Under the pieces are notes generated by a model. That model did not search any database. It was not told the origin of the DNA and worked only from the letters and a program-made list of their open reading frames with translations. This document shows positions 26,180 to 39,454 of a stretch of DNA of 64,000 nt, one piece after another; position 1 is the stretch's first letter, and each line of letters begins with the position of its first letter. A program made the position numbers and the translations under genes. The stretch is from Raja brachyura (taxonomy: Eukaryota): the NCBI GenBank assembly GCA_963514005.1, contig OY740791.1:43028001-43092000 (forward strand), given 5' to 3'.

Positions 26180-26770
26180 GACAAGAGACTGCAGACGCTG
26201 GTTTGCACAAAGGAACACAAAGTGCTGGAGTAACTCAGCGGGTCAGACATCATCGGTGGAGAACATGGAGAGGTGACTTTTCGGGTCAGGACCCTTCTTC
26301 AGACTGTGTAGGGGAGGGGAACTGGAAGCAAGAAAAGATCAGAACAAATCAAGGCCAACAATAGATGCCCTCTGGTCGGGATGCCCATGGTAGACCAATT
26401 GTGCTCTACCATGGGACAACGTGGTCTCGACGGGATATCTCGTTGCAAACAGTTGATTTGGTTTAACTACTTTAAATGGGGGGAAATTAGGGGGAGGGGG
26501 AGGGTGAGAAGGGGGAGGGGAAGGGGGACAAGGAAGTGCTTGTATAAGTTACCTAAAATTGGACAATTCAATGTTTGTTACCGCTGGGCAGTAAGATGCC
26601 CAAGTGGCATATGAGGTGCTGTTCCTGCAGTTTGCGTGTGGCCTCACTGTGGCAATGGAGGAGGCCCAGGACAGAAAGGTCAATATGGGAATGGGAAGGG
26701 GAGTTAAAATAGTTAGCAACCGGGAGATCCAGCAGGGCTTGGTAGACCGAGCGCAAGTGTTCGACAAAGC
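26180..26770 (-). mobile_element. Penelope-like 3' fragment
   Basis: DLPVANYFNSPSHSHIDLSVLGLLHCHSEATRKLQEQHLI in ORF 26568-26756, plus a pseudo-LTR. Confidence 0.72.
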
Positions 26771-26952
26771 TTGAATAGGTTTGTTGAACATGTCTTCCCT
26801 ATCATGTTGCCTCTGGCTAATCCGATTAGGGCCCCGAAACCAGTTCCGTGCTGGTGAATTCCAACATTTGCTCATGACCAGGACTGCACTTCCTCATTTT
26901 CTGTCTTCCTTTTTCTTAAATTGTCGTGCTCCATTTGCTACCTCCTAATCTG

Positions 26953-28249
26953 CAGGGCTGCCAACTCTCACGCTTTGAGTGTGAGAATCACTCATTTGGC
27001 CAAATTCTCACGCTCTCACGCTGATCGCAAATTTCTCACGCTCTCTCGTGAGAAATTCTGTGATCAACGAAAACTTCAAAACGCATATAAACCACATGGG
27101 CCGCGGGTGTTGGAGAGCCGGGGCTGAGGGGGGGATGGAAGCAGCGGCGGGGGCAGATGCGGACGGGGAGGCAGGATGGCTAGCGTTTGCCGGGCTGGCT
27201 AGCGTTTGCCGGGCTGGCGAGTGTTTGCCGGGCTGGCGTGTGTTTGCCGGGCTGGCGAGTCGCTCGCTGCAGCTCCGGCCATGAAGCAGCCTCAGCGCAA
27301 GAGTCCCGGGCCATTGGAGGCGTCGGAAGCAAAGATCCTATAGCGAGCATATCGGATCTTTGATCGGAAGCGTTGCACCGCTGCCATGAGAGTCTCGGGT
27401 GGAAGAGAAAGAGGGGGGGGGGGCAAAGAGAAAGAGGAGATAGAGACAGAGGAGAAAGAGAGAGGGGAGAGAGATGGTGGAGATGGTTCAGGCTGCGGTT
27501 CGGTTCATCCTGGAGGACAACCAGTGGCTGCTAGAAGTAAGTACCAAGCACTGGGTAGAAACGGTGGAAGATAGTGGACTTCAAATGGGGGTGTTTGGAG
27601 AAAGCATCCTGCTTGCCTGCTAGATTTTCACTTACTGTTACTGCAGGAAAAATGTTCCCGATGTTGGGGGAGTTCAGAACCAGGGGTCACAGTTTAAGAA
27701 TAAAGGGGGGGCCAGTTAGGACTGAGATGAGGACAAACATTCTTCACGCAGAGAGTTGTGAGTCTGTGGAATTTGCTGCCACAGAAGGTAGTGCAGGCCA
27801 ATTCACTGAATGTTTTCAAGAGAGTGTTAGATTTAGTTCTTGGGGCTAACTAAATCAAGAGATATGGGGTAAAAACAGGAAAGAGGTACTGATTTTAGAT
27901 GAACAGCCATGATCATATTGAATGGTAGTGCTGGCTCGTAGGGCCGAATGGCCTATTCCTGCACCTATTTTCTATGTTTCTATGCTTGAGTATATGGCAA
28001 TAAAACTTGATCACTTGATTTTGAAGCATTTACTTCATACAAAAAATTGAAATCATACTTCTACAATGCACTAAAACATGATTTTAATACATCAAATTTC
28101 AAAAGGTCCCTACCCTGGGAGGGGGGACACCCCCCCTTCCACACCCTCTCCCCACTCGGTTGCTCCACTCCGTCACCAGGTACCCCCATGGCTTGTGATC
28201 AGTGATCGCTCAGCCCCCCCCCACTTTCAAAAATGCTACATGGCCCCTG
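26953..28249. mobile_element. Probable hAT-like non-autonomous element with CR1 insertion
   Basis: Starts CAGGGCTGCCAAC with subterminal CTCACGC repeats and an internal GTTTGCCGGGCTGGC x4. The possible right end TGGCCCCTG is imperfect and there is no clear TSD. Confidence 0.4.
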
Positions 28250-29159
28250 GTTCTGACAGAGAACACTGGCAGATGTGAGCGGGGAACAGAGGCCAGTTGT
28301 CCGTGATGTCTGGATCCCAATGCTCGGCGCTTCATGTTTTGTAGTTGGCTAATGTTATTCATTTGTAATTAGCCTGATTTGCAATTAGTTGATAAAACCT
28401 TAATTTATTAATCCGGAATATCCATGGGGATGGGATAAGTGTAATATTAAAATGACATGCAAGGTGTCAGGCTGTCTGTCACAACATACAGCCCCGATAA
28501 CCCATTATTTCTTTCAGTTAAATATTGGGAAGGTAGTACTATTGTCATTTGTCACTCGACTATTATGTTTGTTTACCTCGCTGACTATTTCTAAACCCCT
28601 CCAATTCCTTTGATGAATAGAAATGTCCCCAATCACGTTGTTTTATTAATTGAACACATAGATGAACGTCCTCAAGGAGTGCAATCAGATGGAAACTGAT
28701 TCAGATGCGATATTTAAGAGCTTGTTCATAGAAGGGGCATATGCCTTTGAAGTGTGACAGGAAACCGGAGCACCCGGAGAAAACCCAGGCGGTCACGGGG
28801 AGAACGTACAAACTCCGTACAGACAGCACCCCTAGTTAGGATCGAACCTGGGTCTCTGGCGCTGTGAGGCAGCGCCTCTACTCGCTGTTACACCGAGTTT
28901 GTCGTGTGGCGCGTGACATCAGTCTACAGCGCACAAAATGGGAAGCGAGGGTGAGAAGGGGAAACGTGAAACCTCAACAAAAGAGAACTTAAAGAGAAAG
29001 TGATAAAGGGGTCACTTCCTTCTAGTCAGAGAGGAAACATCTGCTTTACCAGTGTATTTCATGACCAGAAGCCCATGAAGAACAACTTTAGGGCCGGAGG
29101 TGTCGAGTACAGTGGAAATAAGAATGTTTACCTCAGACTTTCCCCATTTCCTCTTTTGC

Positions 29160-29968
29160 ATTTGAATGTACAGATTGATAGGACTTTGGTCAGATCATGT
29201 TTGGGGTATTGCATGCAGTTCTGGTCGCCCCCCCCAGCCCCAATTACAGGAAGGATGTGGAAGCTTCGGAGAGGGTGCAGAGGAAGTTTACCAGAATGCT
29301 GCCTGCATTGGAGGAAATTAGCTTTCAGGACCTTCATAGCAAAAGGATTTGAGTATAGGAGCAGGGAGGTTCTACTGCAGTTGTACAGGGTCTTGGTGAG
29401 ACCACACCTGGAGTATTGCGTACAGTTTTGGTCTCCTAATCTGAGGAAAGACATTCTTGCCATAGAGGGAGTACAGAGAAGGTTCACGAGACTGATTCCT
29501 GGGATGTCAGAACTTTCATATCAAGAAAGACTGGATAGACTCGGCTTGTACTCGCTGGAATTTAGAAGATTGAGGAGGGATCTTATAGAGACTTACAAAA
29601 TTCTTAAGGGGTTGGACAGGCTAGATGCAGGAAGATTGTTCCCGATGTTGGGAAAGTCCAGAACAAGGGGTCACAGTTTAAGGATATTGGGGAAGTCTTT
29701 TAGGACCAAGATGAGAAAATTATTTTTCACACTGAGAGTGGTGAATCTGTGGAATTCTCTGCCACAGAGGGTAGTTGAGGGCAGTTCATTGGCTATATTT
29801 AAGAGGGAGTTAGATGTGGCCCTTGTGGCTAAAGGGATCAGGGGGTATGGAGAGAAGGCAGGTACAGGATACTGAGTTGGATGATCAGCCTTGATCATAT
29901 TGAATAGCGGTGCAGGCTCGAAGGGCCGAATGGTCTACTCCAGCACTTATTTTCTATGTTTCTATGTA
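29160..29968 (+). mobile_element. CR1 LINE 3' fragments (one nested in another)
   Basis: LVRPHLEYCVQFWSP...SLEFRRLRRDLIETYKI...RVVNLWNSLP with a TTCTATG tail. Preceded by an older copy of the same motif. Confidence 0.88.
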
Positions 29969-30603
29969 GGAGAGATTGGGCAGATTTGGATTGTTTTCTC
30001 TGGAATGGCGGAGGCTGCGGGGAGTTTGTACGTTGTCCTATGGGTTTTCCCCAAGTGCTCCAGTTTCCTCCCACACTCCAACGACATGCAGGTTTGTAGG
30101 TTTATTTGATTTGGTAAAATTGTAAATTGTCCCTAATGTGTAGGATAGTGCTAGTGTATGGGGTGGTCGCTGGTCGGCACGGACTCAATGGGCGAAAGGG
30201 CCTGTTTCTGTGCTGTTTTGTCTAAAGACTGTGTTAAGGGCCTGTCCTACCAGCATCCGACTCCATGCGATCAAACTAGAAGCGGGGGCCGCGCGGAGGT
30301 CGGGTGATCCCTGTACAGGGCCGTTTCCACCAGCATGCGCCTGCATGCGAAGAAAGCGACCAAACCGGCAGCGAGGGCCGCGCGGAGGTCGGGTGAGTGG
30401 CGCAACGCGGCGCAAAGTGAGGCGAACTTGGAGCGAAGTCTTAAAGGTAAGTTCGCCAGGACAGAGAGGGACACACAGAGAGGGGCACAGAGGCACACAC
30501 AGAGAGGGCCACGGAGCCACACACAGAGAGGGTCACGGAGGCACCTACAGAGAGGGTCACGGAGGCACGATGTCGAGGCGGTGTGTAATGCGTCGAGGCG
30601 ACT

Positions 30604-31503
30604 TTGAATTGATTGAATTGAATGCCTTTATTGTCATTCAGACCTTTCGGTCTGAACGAAATTTCGTGCCTGCAGTCATACATATATAAAAATAACAATA
30701 CCATACAATAAACACAAAATTAATATCCACCACAGTGAGTTCACCAAACACCTCCTCACTGTGGTGGAAGGCAAAAGTCTTAGGGTCTCTGTCTTTTCTC
30801 CCCTCCTTATTCTCCCTCTGCGCTGAGGGGATCCAGGCCGCCGCCACCGCTGACGCCAGAACGCCGGAACACCGCCACAGGGCCCGCCGCCGGAACGTCG
30901 CTGGAGCACCGCAGCTCCCGAAACCCAAGCCGCCACTGGAGCACCGCAGCTCCCGAAACCCAGGCCGCCGCTGGAGCACCGCAGCTCCCGAAACCCAGGC
31001 CACCGCTGGAGCACCGCAGCTCAGAGGGAGCCAGGCCGCCGCTGGAGCACCGCAGCTCCCGAAACCCAAGCTGCCGCTGGAGCACCGCAGCTCAGAGGGA
31101 GCCAGGCCGCCGCTGGAGCACCGCGGCTCCGAAACCCAGGCCGCCGCTGGAGCACCGCAGCTCTCGAAACTCAGGCCGCCGCCGGAAGCCAGGTCGTCGC
31201 TGAAGCTCTGAAGGCCGTGCCGCCGCCGCTGGAAGCTGGAAGGCCGTCACCAGGGCCTCAGCACAGACGGAGACGGTGTCGGGGGACACGACAGAAAAAG
31301 TCGCATCCCCCCGAAGGGAGAGACCAAAACCCCGTTTCTCCCACCCTCCCCCCACCCCCCCCCCACACACATACACAACCCAACAAACCAAAAATAAACA
31401 CCAAAAACAGGGACGAGGACAAAAATAAAATAAAAGACAGACGGACTGCAGGTGAGCCGCAGCTGACAAGCAGCGCCGCCACTCCGAATTGGCGGTGCTC
31501 GCC
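30604..31503 (-). mobile_element. Non-coding non-LTR retroelement (GC-rich head, internal minisatellite, AATAAA plus (ATTCA)n tail)
   Basis: Interrupts the MITE at an ACT duplication and shares blocks with 14408-15334. Confidence 0.6.
30890..31180. repeat. GC-rich minisatellite, 8 copies of a 34-36 bp unit
   Basis: CTGGAGCACC recurs at 30901, 30936, 30971, 31006, 31042, 31077, 31113 and 31147. Confidence 0.92.
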
Positions 31504-32789
31504 ACTGCGAGTCGACAAGTCGTTGCCGCGCAGAATTTTTGGACATAGTCAGTTTTTCGGAGCCCCGCACGATGTCGGGACGAACTCCGCACAATTCCGC
31601 ATGGCTCCGGCGATCGAAGTGGGACCGGCCCCGTGACGCCAGACGGCTCAAGCGACCACGTTAGGTCCCGCTCAGCGCATGGAGTTGCATGCTGGTGGGA
31701 CAGGCCCTTTAGGGTCAGGTGCTAATTTAGCTCCTACGTAGGTGTCTGTAACTCAGATTAAAAGTTATGCAGATCCTCTTTGTGAGTTCAAATGAAAGGG
31801 GAAGTGCGTTGGGGATTTTCCACAGTTGCACAGTTGCTGTGCATGCCGTCTCATTCTGTTGTTTAATCGAAGAGGTAGAGATGGGCCATCATGATCGGCA
31901 TAGACGAGTTGGGCCGAAGGGCCTGTTTCCATGCTGTGTAACGCTGCAACTCAGTTCCCACCACCCTACACACAGTGAGTTTCACAATAAATCACCCTTT
32001 CTACAAAAATGTTTTCCCCCACAAGTTCGTTGTACATTCTGCCCAAAATATTAAACCTGTGGTTCCTATTATTTGAATATCTTCCTTTCACAGGTCGTGT
32101 CTGAACAAGCCGTGTTTAGTTTAGAGTTACAGCGTGGAATCAGATCCTTCAGCCCACTGGGTCCGCGCCGACCAGCGATCCCCGCACATTAACATAACAC
32201 CCATTTGGGACATTTTTTACATTTACCAAATGCCCAGATAGTTGTGAATAAGTTGCCAGTCTATAGAAGTGTGGGGAAGTTGACCATCATTATTTTAGTT
32301 TAGTTTTGTTTCGAGATACAGCCTGGAGACAGGCTCTTTGGCCCACCGAGTCCATGCTGACCATCGCTCACACATTCAAGCTAGTTTAACATTATCACAT
32401 TTTCTCATCCACTCCCTACACAGAAGGGGTAATCTACAGAGGGCCAATTAATCTACACACCCCCACGTCTTATGATGTGGGAGGAATCCGGAGCACCCAG
32501 ACGAAACCCACACGGTCACAGACAGAATGTGCAAACTCCACATACAGGCAGTATCGAGGTCAGGATCGAACCTGGATCTCTGGCACTACCAGCTGCACCA
32601 TTTCATCCATTCCAACAGAACAAAACTAATCTGTATTCCCTGAAAGATGAAACTCATAAGTTCAAAAATCATAGGAGCAAAATTAGGCCATTTGGCACAT
32701 TGAGTCTATTCTGTCATTTAATCATGGCTGATCTCTTTCCCTCTCAGCCCAATTCTCCTGCCTTCTCCCCGTAACCTTTGACACCCTTA

Positions 32790-33368
32790 AGGGCCTGTCC
32801 TACCAGCATCTGACTCCATGCGATGAGCGCGATCAAACTAGAAGCGGGGGCCGCGCGGAGGTCAGGTGATCCCCTGTACAGGGCCGTTCCCACCAGCATT
32901 TGCCTGCATGCGGCAAGCGCGACCAAACCGGCAGCGAGGGCTTCATGGAGGTCGGGTGAGTGGCGCAACGCGGCGCAAAGTGAGGCGAACTTGGAGCGAA
33001 GTCTTAAAGGTAAGTTCACCAGGACAGAGAGGGGCACACAGAGAGGGGCACAGAGGCACACACACAGAGGGCCACGGAGCCACACACAGAGAGGGTCATG
33101 GAGGCACCTACAGAGAGGGTCACGGAGGCACGACGTGGAGACGGTGTGTAATGCGTCGAGGCGACTGCGAGCCGACAAGCCGTTGCCACGTGGAATTTTT
33201 GAACATGGTCACTTTATCGGAGCCCAGCGCGATGTCGGGACGAACTCCGCGCAATTCCGCACGGCTCCGGCAATCGAAGTGGGACCGGCCCCGCAACGCC
33301 GGACGGCTCAAGCGACCACGTTAGGTTGTGCTCATCGCATAGAGTTGCATGCTGGTGGGACAGGCCCT
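32790..33368. mobile_element. PIF/Harbinger-type MITE (579 bp) inserted in a CR1 fragment
   Basis: Same TIRs and TTA duplication. CpG-rich, with internal CACAGAGAGG repeats. Confidence 0.82.
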
Positions 33369-33754
33369 TTAACTAATGAAGAACTTGTCAATCTCAGTTT
33401 TAAAAATACCCAAATACCTCCACAGCCGTCTGTGTCAATGAATTCCACAGATTCACCACCCTCTGACTAAAGAAAATCCTCCTCCTCTCCTTTCTAAAGG
33501 TAAGTCCTTTTATTCCGAGGCTGTGCCCTTTGGTCCTAGACTCACCCACTAGTGGAAACATCTTCTCCACATCCACATTATCCGGGCCTCTGGTAAGTTT
33601 CAATGAGATCCCCTCTCATCCTAAACTCCAACGAGTGCAGATCCAGAGCCGGCAATTGCTCACAAATTTCCGAGGAAGTCCAAGAGAAACCATTGTGTTC
33701 GGAAGAGCTATGTACCCAAATTCCCCACACCCCAATATTCTATAGAAGCTAGGA

Positions 33755-34505
33755 ATTGCAAACAATTCAATTACTCTGCCATTTCTTTATTCCACATTAT
33801 CACTTCTTCAGCATCATTTTCCAGTGGGCCAATGTCCACTCTTGTCTCTTTCTTACTCTTTATATATCTGAAGAAACCTTTGCTATCCTCTTTTATATTA
33901 TTGGCCAGCTTACTTTCATATTTTCTCCCCGTATTGCCTTTTTTAGTTACCTTCTTTCGTTTTTTAAAAGATCCCAATCCTCTGGCTTCCCACTAATCGT
34001 TGCAATGTTGTGTGCCTTCACATTTAGTTTTATACCGTCCTTGACTTCCCTTGTCAGCCACGGTCACCTCTTTCTCCCGTTAGAATCTTTCTTCCTCTTT
34101 GGACTGAAAAGAACCTGTGTCCTCTGAATTATTCCCAGAAATTCCTGCCATCGCTGTCACAGCATCATTCCTGCTAGGATCTCTTTACAATCAACTTTAG
34201 TCAACTCCTCCCTCATGCCTCTGTTGTCCACTTTGCTCAGCTGTAACACAATCGCATCTGATGTCATCTTATTCCCTCTCAACCTGGTTGGTCCTTTACC
34301 TTAAATGTTCTAATCAAATGTGGTTCATTACACACCGTCAAATCAAGAATTGTCTTTCCCCTGGAAGGCTCCACTACATGCTGCTCTAGAAACCATCTCG
34401 GAGGCACTCTACAAATTCCCACTCTTAGTGTCCAGTACCAACCTGATTTTCCCAGTCTACCTACATATTGAAATCCCCCATCACCACCGTAACATTGCCT
34501 TTCTT
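33755..34505 (-). mobile_element. CR1 LINE ORF2 internal fragment
   Basis: YESKLANNIKEDSKGFFRYIKSKK, typical of the CR1 ORF2 region between endonuclease and RT. Confidence 0.75.
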
Positions 34506-35468
34506 ATTGAATTAGCCAATTTTAGGTAAACCCCCTCACTTTGTCACCCCCCCCCCTTTCCTGTTCACCACCCCAGTCCAATTCTCTAACTATCCTGCTC
34601 CATTTCCCCCCACCCCCATTCCACCTATATATCCAGCCCCAAAATTTGACTTTACATTTCATTCCCTTTCTCTCTATCTCACACCCTTTGGTTTTCCTCC
34701 CATCTTTGGCATCTGTCCATCCACCTGCCTAACAACCTTCCACCCCTCACCTGTAACAACCACCTATCACTTGTCAGGCTTTGTCCTGCCCCACCTCTCT
34801 TCTAGCTTTCTCCCCCCCCCCCCCCCCCTCCCGCCCCCCACTACAATCAGTCTGAAGAAGGGTCCCAACCCAAGATGTCACCTATCCATGTTCTCCAGAG
34901 ATGCTGCCTGGCCCGCACTTTGTGTTCTTTATAAACCACTATTTGAAGTTCCTTCAGTTTTACTTTGGTTCAGTTCAGTTCAGTTTAGTTTAGTTTAGTT
35001 TAGTTGACTTTAGTTTAGAGACACTGCATGGAAACAGGCCCTTCGGCCCACCGAGTCCGCGCAGAGAATAGATCACCCGTTAACACTAGTTCTGTGTTAC
35101 ACCATTTTCTCATTCATTTCCTACACACTGGGAATAATTTACAGAGGGCCTATTAACCTACAAACCTGCACGTCGTTGGGATGTGGGAGGAAACTGGAGC
35201 ACCTGGAGGAAACTCAAGCGGTCACAGGAAATACATGCAAACTCCACACAGACAAACAGCACCCGAGGTCAGGATCGAACCCGGCTCTCTGGCACTGTAA
35301 GGCAGCTGCTCTACCAGCTATGCTACTGTGCCACCCTAATAATGCTGGTCTTCGTAAGAAGCAAAGAGGTTTGAAAAAAGAATAACATGTAAAGTCAGAG
35401 GGAGGGAACCTCTTTTCTTACTTGTGCAGGAAGGAACTGTAGATGCTGGTTAAATCCGAAGACCCAGC

Positions 35469-35496
35469 CTGAAGAAGGGTCTCGACCCGAAACGTC
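35469..35496 (+). ncRNA. Minimal hammerhead motif (Penelope-derived repeat)
   Basis: CTGAAGAAGGGTCTCGACCCGAAACGTC; core intact, stem I poor. Confidence 0.6.
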
Positions 35497-35799
35497 AACC
35501 ATTCCTTCTCTCCAGAGATGCTGCCTGTCCCGTTGGGTTACTCCAGCTTTTTGAGTCTATCTTCTCTTTTGTAGTTTTCTCCCCCCAACTCTATCAGTCA
35601 AAGAAGGGTCCCGACCCAAAACATCACTTGTCCATCCCCTCCACAGATGCTGCCTGACCCTCCCAGTTCGTCCACCACTTTGTTTTTTTAAAATATACCA
35701 ATAAAATATATCCACCCATTTTCCTCATCAAAGTATCATATCTGCAATATGACAATAAAATATCGTCATTCCTTCATTCAAAGTGAGGTAGAATACAGC

Positions 35800-37152
35800 A
35801 GACTGTTCAAGGAAGGCGGGAGAGAGAAAACAGGGAATTATAGACCAGTTAGCCTGACATCGGTGATGGGGAAGATGCTGGAGTCAATTATAAAAGATGA
35901 AATAGCCGGACATTTGGATAGCAGTAACAGGATCGGTCCAAGTCAGCATGGAAATCATGCTTGACTAATCTTCTGGAATTTTTTGAGGATGTAACTAGGA
36001 AAATGGTCAAGGGAGAGCCAGTGGATGTAGTGAACCTGGACTTTCAGAAAGCGTTTGATAAGGTCCCACATAGGAGATTAGTAGGCAAAATTAGGGCACA
36101 TGGTATTGGGGGCAGAGGCCTGACATGGATAGAAAATTGGTTGGCAGACAGGAAACAAAGAGTAGGGATTAACGGGTCCCTTTCAGAATGGCAGACAGTG
36201 ACTAGTGGGGTACAGCAAGGCTTGGTGCTGGGACCGCAGCTATTTACAATACGCATCAATGATTTGGATGATGGGATTCAAAGTAATATTAGCAAAGTTG
36301 CAGATGACACAAAGCTGGGTGGCAGTGTGAACTGTGAGGAGGATGCTATAAGAATGCAGGGTGACTTGGACAGGTTGGGGGAGTAGGCAGATGCATGGCA
36401 GATTAAGTTTAATGTGGATACATGTGAGGTTATCCACTTTGGTATCAAAAAAAGGAAGGCAGATTACTATCTAAATGGCGTCAAGTTGGGAAAAGAGGAA
36501 GTACAACGGGATCTGGGGGACCTTGTTCATCAGTCAATTAAAGTAAGCATGCAGGTACAGCAGGCAGTGAAGAAAGTGAATGGCATGTTGGCCTTTATAA
36601 CAAGAGGAGTTGAGTATAGGAGCAAAGAGGTCCTTCTGCAGTTGTACAGGGCCCTAGTGAGACCACACCTGGAGTATTGTGCGCAGTTTTGGTCCCATAA
36701 TTTGAGGAAGGACATTCTTACTATTGAGGGAGTGCAGAATATGTTTACAAGGCTGTCATGTGCTGAGAGAATGGCGCGGCTGGGCTTGTACACTCTGGAG
36801 TCTAAAAGGATGAGAAGGGATTTTATTGAAACATATAAAATTGTTAAGGGTTTGGACATGCTAGAGGCAGGAAACATGTTGGGTGAGTCCAGAACCAGGG
36901 GCCACAGTTTAAGAATAAGGGGTAAGGCATTTAGAATGGAGACGAGGAAACACTTTTTCTCACAGAGAGCTGTGAGTCTGTGGAATTCTCTGCCTCAGAG
37001 GCCGGTTCTCTGGATATTTTTAAGAGAGAGCTAGACAGGGCTCTTTAGGATACTGGGAGAGGGCAGGAACGGGGTACTGATTGGGGATGATCAGCCATGA
37101 TCACATTGAATGGCGGTGCTGCATGTATTGCCTATTGTCTATTGTCTATTGT
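35800..37152 (+). mobile_element. CR1-clade LINE, 5'-truncated RT and 3' UTR
   Basis: GNYRPVSLTS, LDFQKAFDKVPH, SGVQQGLVLGP, ADDTKL, LVRPHLEYCAQFW. Contains stops and frameshifts and ends in a (CTATTGT)n tail. Confidence 0.93.
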
Positions 37153-39454
37153 TTATAACCGCACATAGCTATAAGGTGAGAGGGGCAAAGTTTGAAGGAG
37201 ATGTGCGGGGCAAGTTTTTACACAGAGGGTGGTGGGGGCCTGGAACGCGCTACTGGGGGTGGTGGTGGAGGCAGATACAATAGTGGTGTTTAAGAGGCTT
37301 TTAGATAGGCATATAGATATGCAGGGAATGGAGGGATATGAATTAAGTGCCGGCAGATATGAGTTGGTCTTGGTATCATAGTTCAGCATTCAATTGATTT
37401 TAATTACATTTCATTGAAATTTGAAATTGTCATTTTCATTGATGCATTATCAGAACATATGACACTTGAAGACACATATAATCCCATCTTTAGTTCATTG
37501 GGCACCAAAATATCTCGCCCTCCCCTCTCGAGTCTGAAGGTTGATGGTTCAAGTCCAGAGACTCCATGGTAAAGCCCAAACTGAGACTCCCTCGGCACGA
37601 TGGAGGGAATGCTGCACTGTCACCGGCCTTTCTGGTCAGATGTTACCAGATGTGAGGACGGCACAGTGGCACAGCTGTACAGCAGTTGTCTCACAACACC
37701 CGAGACCCAGCATCGATCCTGGCCACAGGTGCTTGGAGTGTGGAGTTTCTACATTCTCCCTGTGACCACGTGAGTTTTCTCCGGGTCCTCCGGTTTCCTC
37801 CCACACTCCAAAGGCGTGAAGGATTGTAGGTTAATTGACTTAGTGTGTAGGATAGAACTAGGGGGTGGAAGATTGCAACCTTCTCGTGGTCCGCCCTGTT
37901 TCGACTAATGCAATCAACTCGACGTGCACAAACGGAAGATCAAATAGAACAAGTTGTCCAACAACTTTAGGCTGTGCACGCCACACGAGAGAAGAAGGAG
38001 GATAGTACTTGTATACAGGGTGATCGATGGTCAGCGTGGACTTAGTGGGCTGAAGGCCTGTTTCCGTGCTATATCTCTATACTGAAAGTTATATTAATGC
38101 CCTTTCAGATCAACAGTAAAAATGTTTTATAGAGATTAAGCATGGGAGTGTCTATGCTGGCCAACATTTAATGAGTTTTACATCACACATTTATGTTTTC
38201 TATCAAAATGTTATTGTAACATTTATGGCGGGCATTGTATTTGCAATATTGAGGTCACATTTGGAGCATTGGGTTCAGTTTTGGTCAGTTCAGGACTCGA
38301 GGGCCTGAGCTATAGGGAGAGGTTGCGCAGGCTACGACTATTCCTTGGAGCGCAGGAGGATGAGTGGTGATCTTATAGAGGTGTATAAAATCATGAGGGA
38401 GATAAATAGGGTGAATGCACAGTCTTTTACCCAGAGTAGGGGAATCAAGAAACACAGGACATAGGTTTAAGGTGAAGAGGGTGGTGGGCGTATGGAATGA
38501 GCTGCCACAGGAGGTAGTTGAGGCAGGTACTGTAACAACATTTAAAGAGGCATTTGCACAGGTACATAGATAGGAAAGGTTTAGAGGGATATGGGCCAAA
38601 TGTGGACAGGTGAGACTAGTGTAGATGGGGCATCTTGATCAGCATGGGAAAATTGGGCTGTATGACTCTGTGACTCTATGACTGATCAGCTTTGCGATGC
38701 ATAATGGTATTGTTTCTTATGGATTGTAGATTTCTTTGGGACATTTTAAAAAGGCACTAGATAAATGCAATTGAGTTCTTCTTTATTGGGGAACAAAGAA
38801 ACAAGATGTGTGTCAAGATTTTTATCTCACGTCCATTTCGATCATATTGCCTTCCCCGATATAAAGAGCTGCCTTGATCTTTGATGGGGCAGGAGACAAC
38901 ACCATCATGAACTCTGAATGTCGTAAAGGTGCTGGAGTATCTCAACGGGTCAGGCAGCATCTCTGGAGAATATGGATAGGTGACATTTTGGGTTAGGACC
39001 CTTTTACCACACTGATTGGAACTGAGACCAAGGGACCCGACCCGAAACGTCACCTATCCATGTTCTCTAGAGATGCCCCCTGACCTGTTGAGTTACTCCA
39101 GCATTCTGCGTTTTGTTCAAGATTCCAGCATCTGCAGTTCCTTGTGTGACCAGTCTGTACACCTCTCCACCATTAACTCGAAATCTCGCGGCAATATCCG
39201 TATGAATCTTGTAGGAATAAGGAACTGCAGATGCTTGTTTACAAAAAAAGACACAAAGTGATGGAGTAACGCAGTGGCTCAGTCAGCATCTCTGGAGAAC
39301 ATGGGAATTATTATGTGAGTTTGAACCGGAATCTCTGACTCTTGGCTCTCCAGAAACACGAGCCCAAGCACTTCATCAACTACTCTCTAAAATTTCTTGT
39401 GGTCTTAGATGGAGTTGTTCCCAAGCCATGCTGTGATGCATCCCGATAAAATTT

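Larger units (their letters stand above)
30237..31708. mobile_element. PIF/Harbinger-type MITE with nested retroelement
   Basis: TIR AGGGCCTGTCC(T/C)ACCAGCAT and TTA duplication. Colinear with the copy at 32790 except for a ~900-bp insertion. Confidence 0.8.

Noticed and set aside
29000-29875. Longest ORF in the window (291 aa)
   Set aside because: Chance fusion of unique sequence with two CR1 RT C-terminal fragments; not a host gene.
30890-31180. 35-bp repeats with internal palindrome resembling a CRISPR array
   Set aside because: The units are head-to-tail with no unique spacers, there are no cas genes, and the context is eukaryotic. It is a minisatellite.
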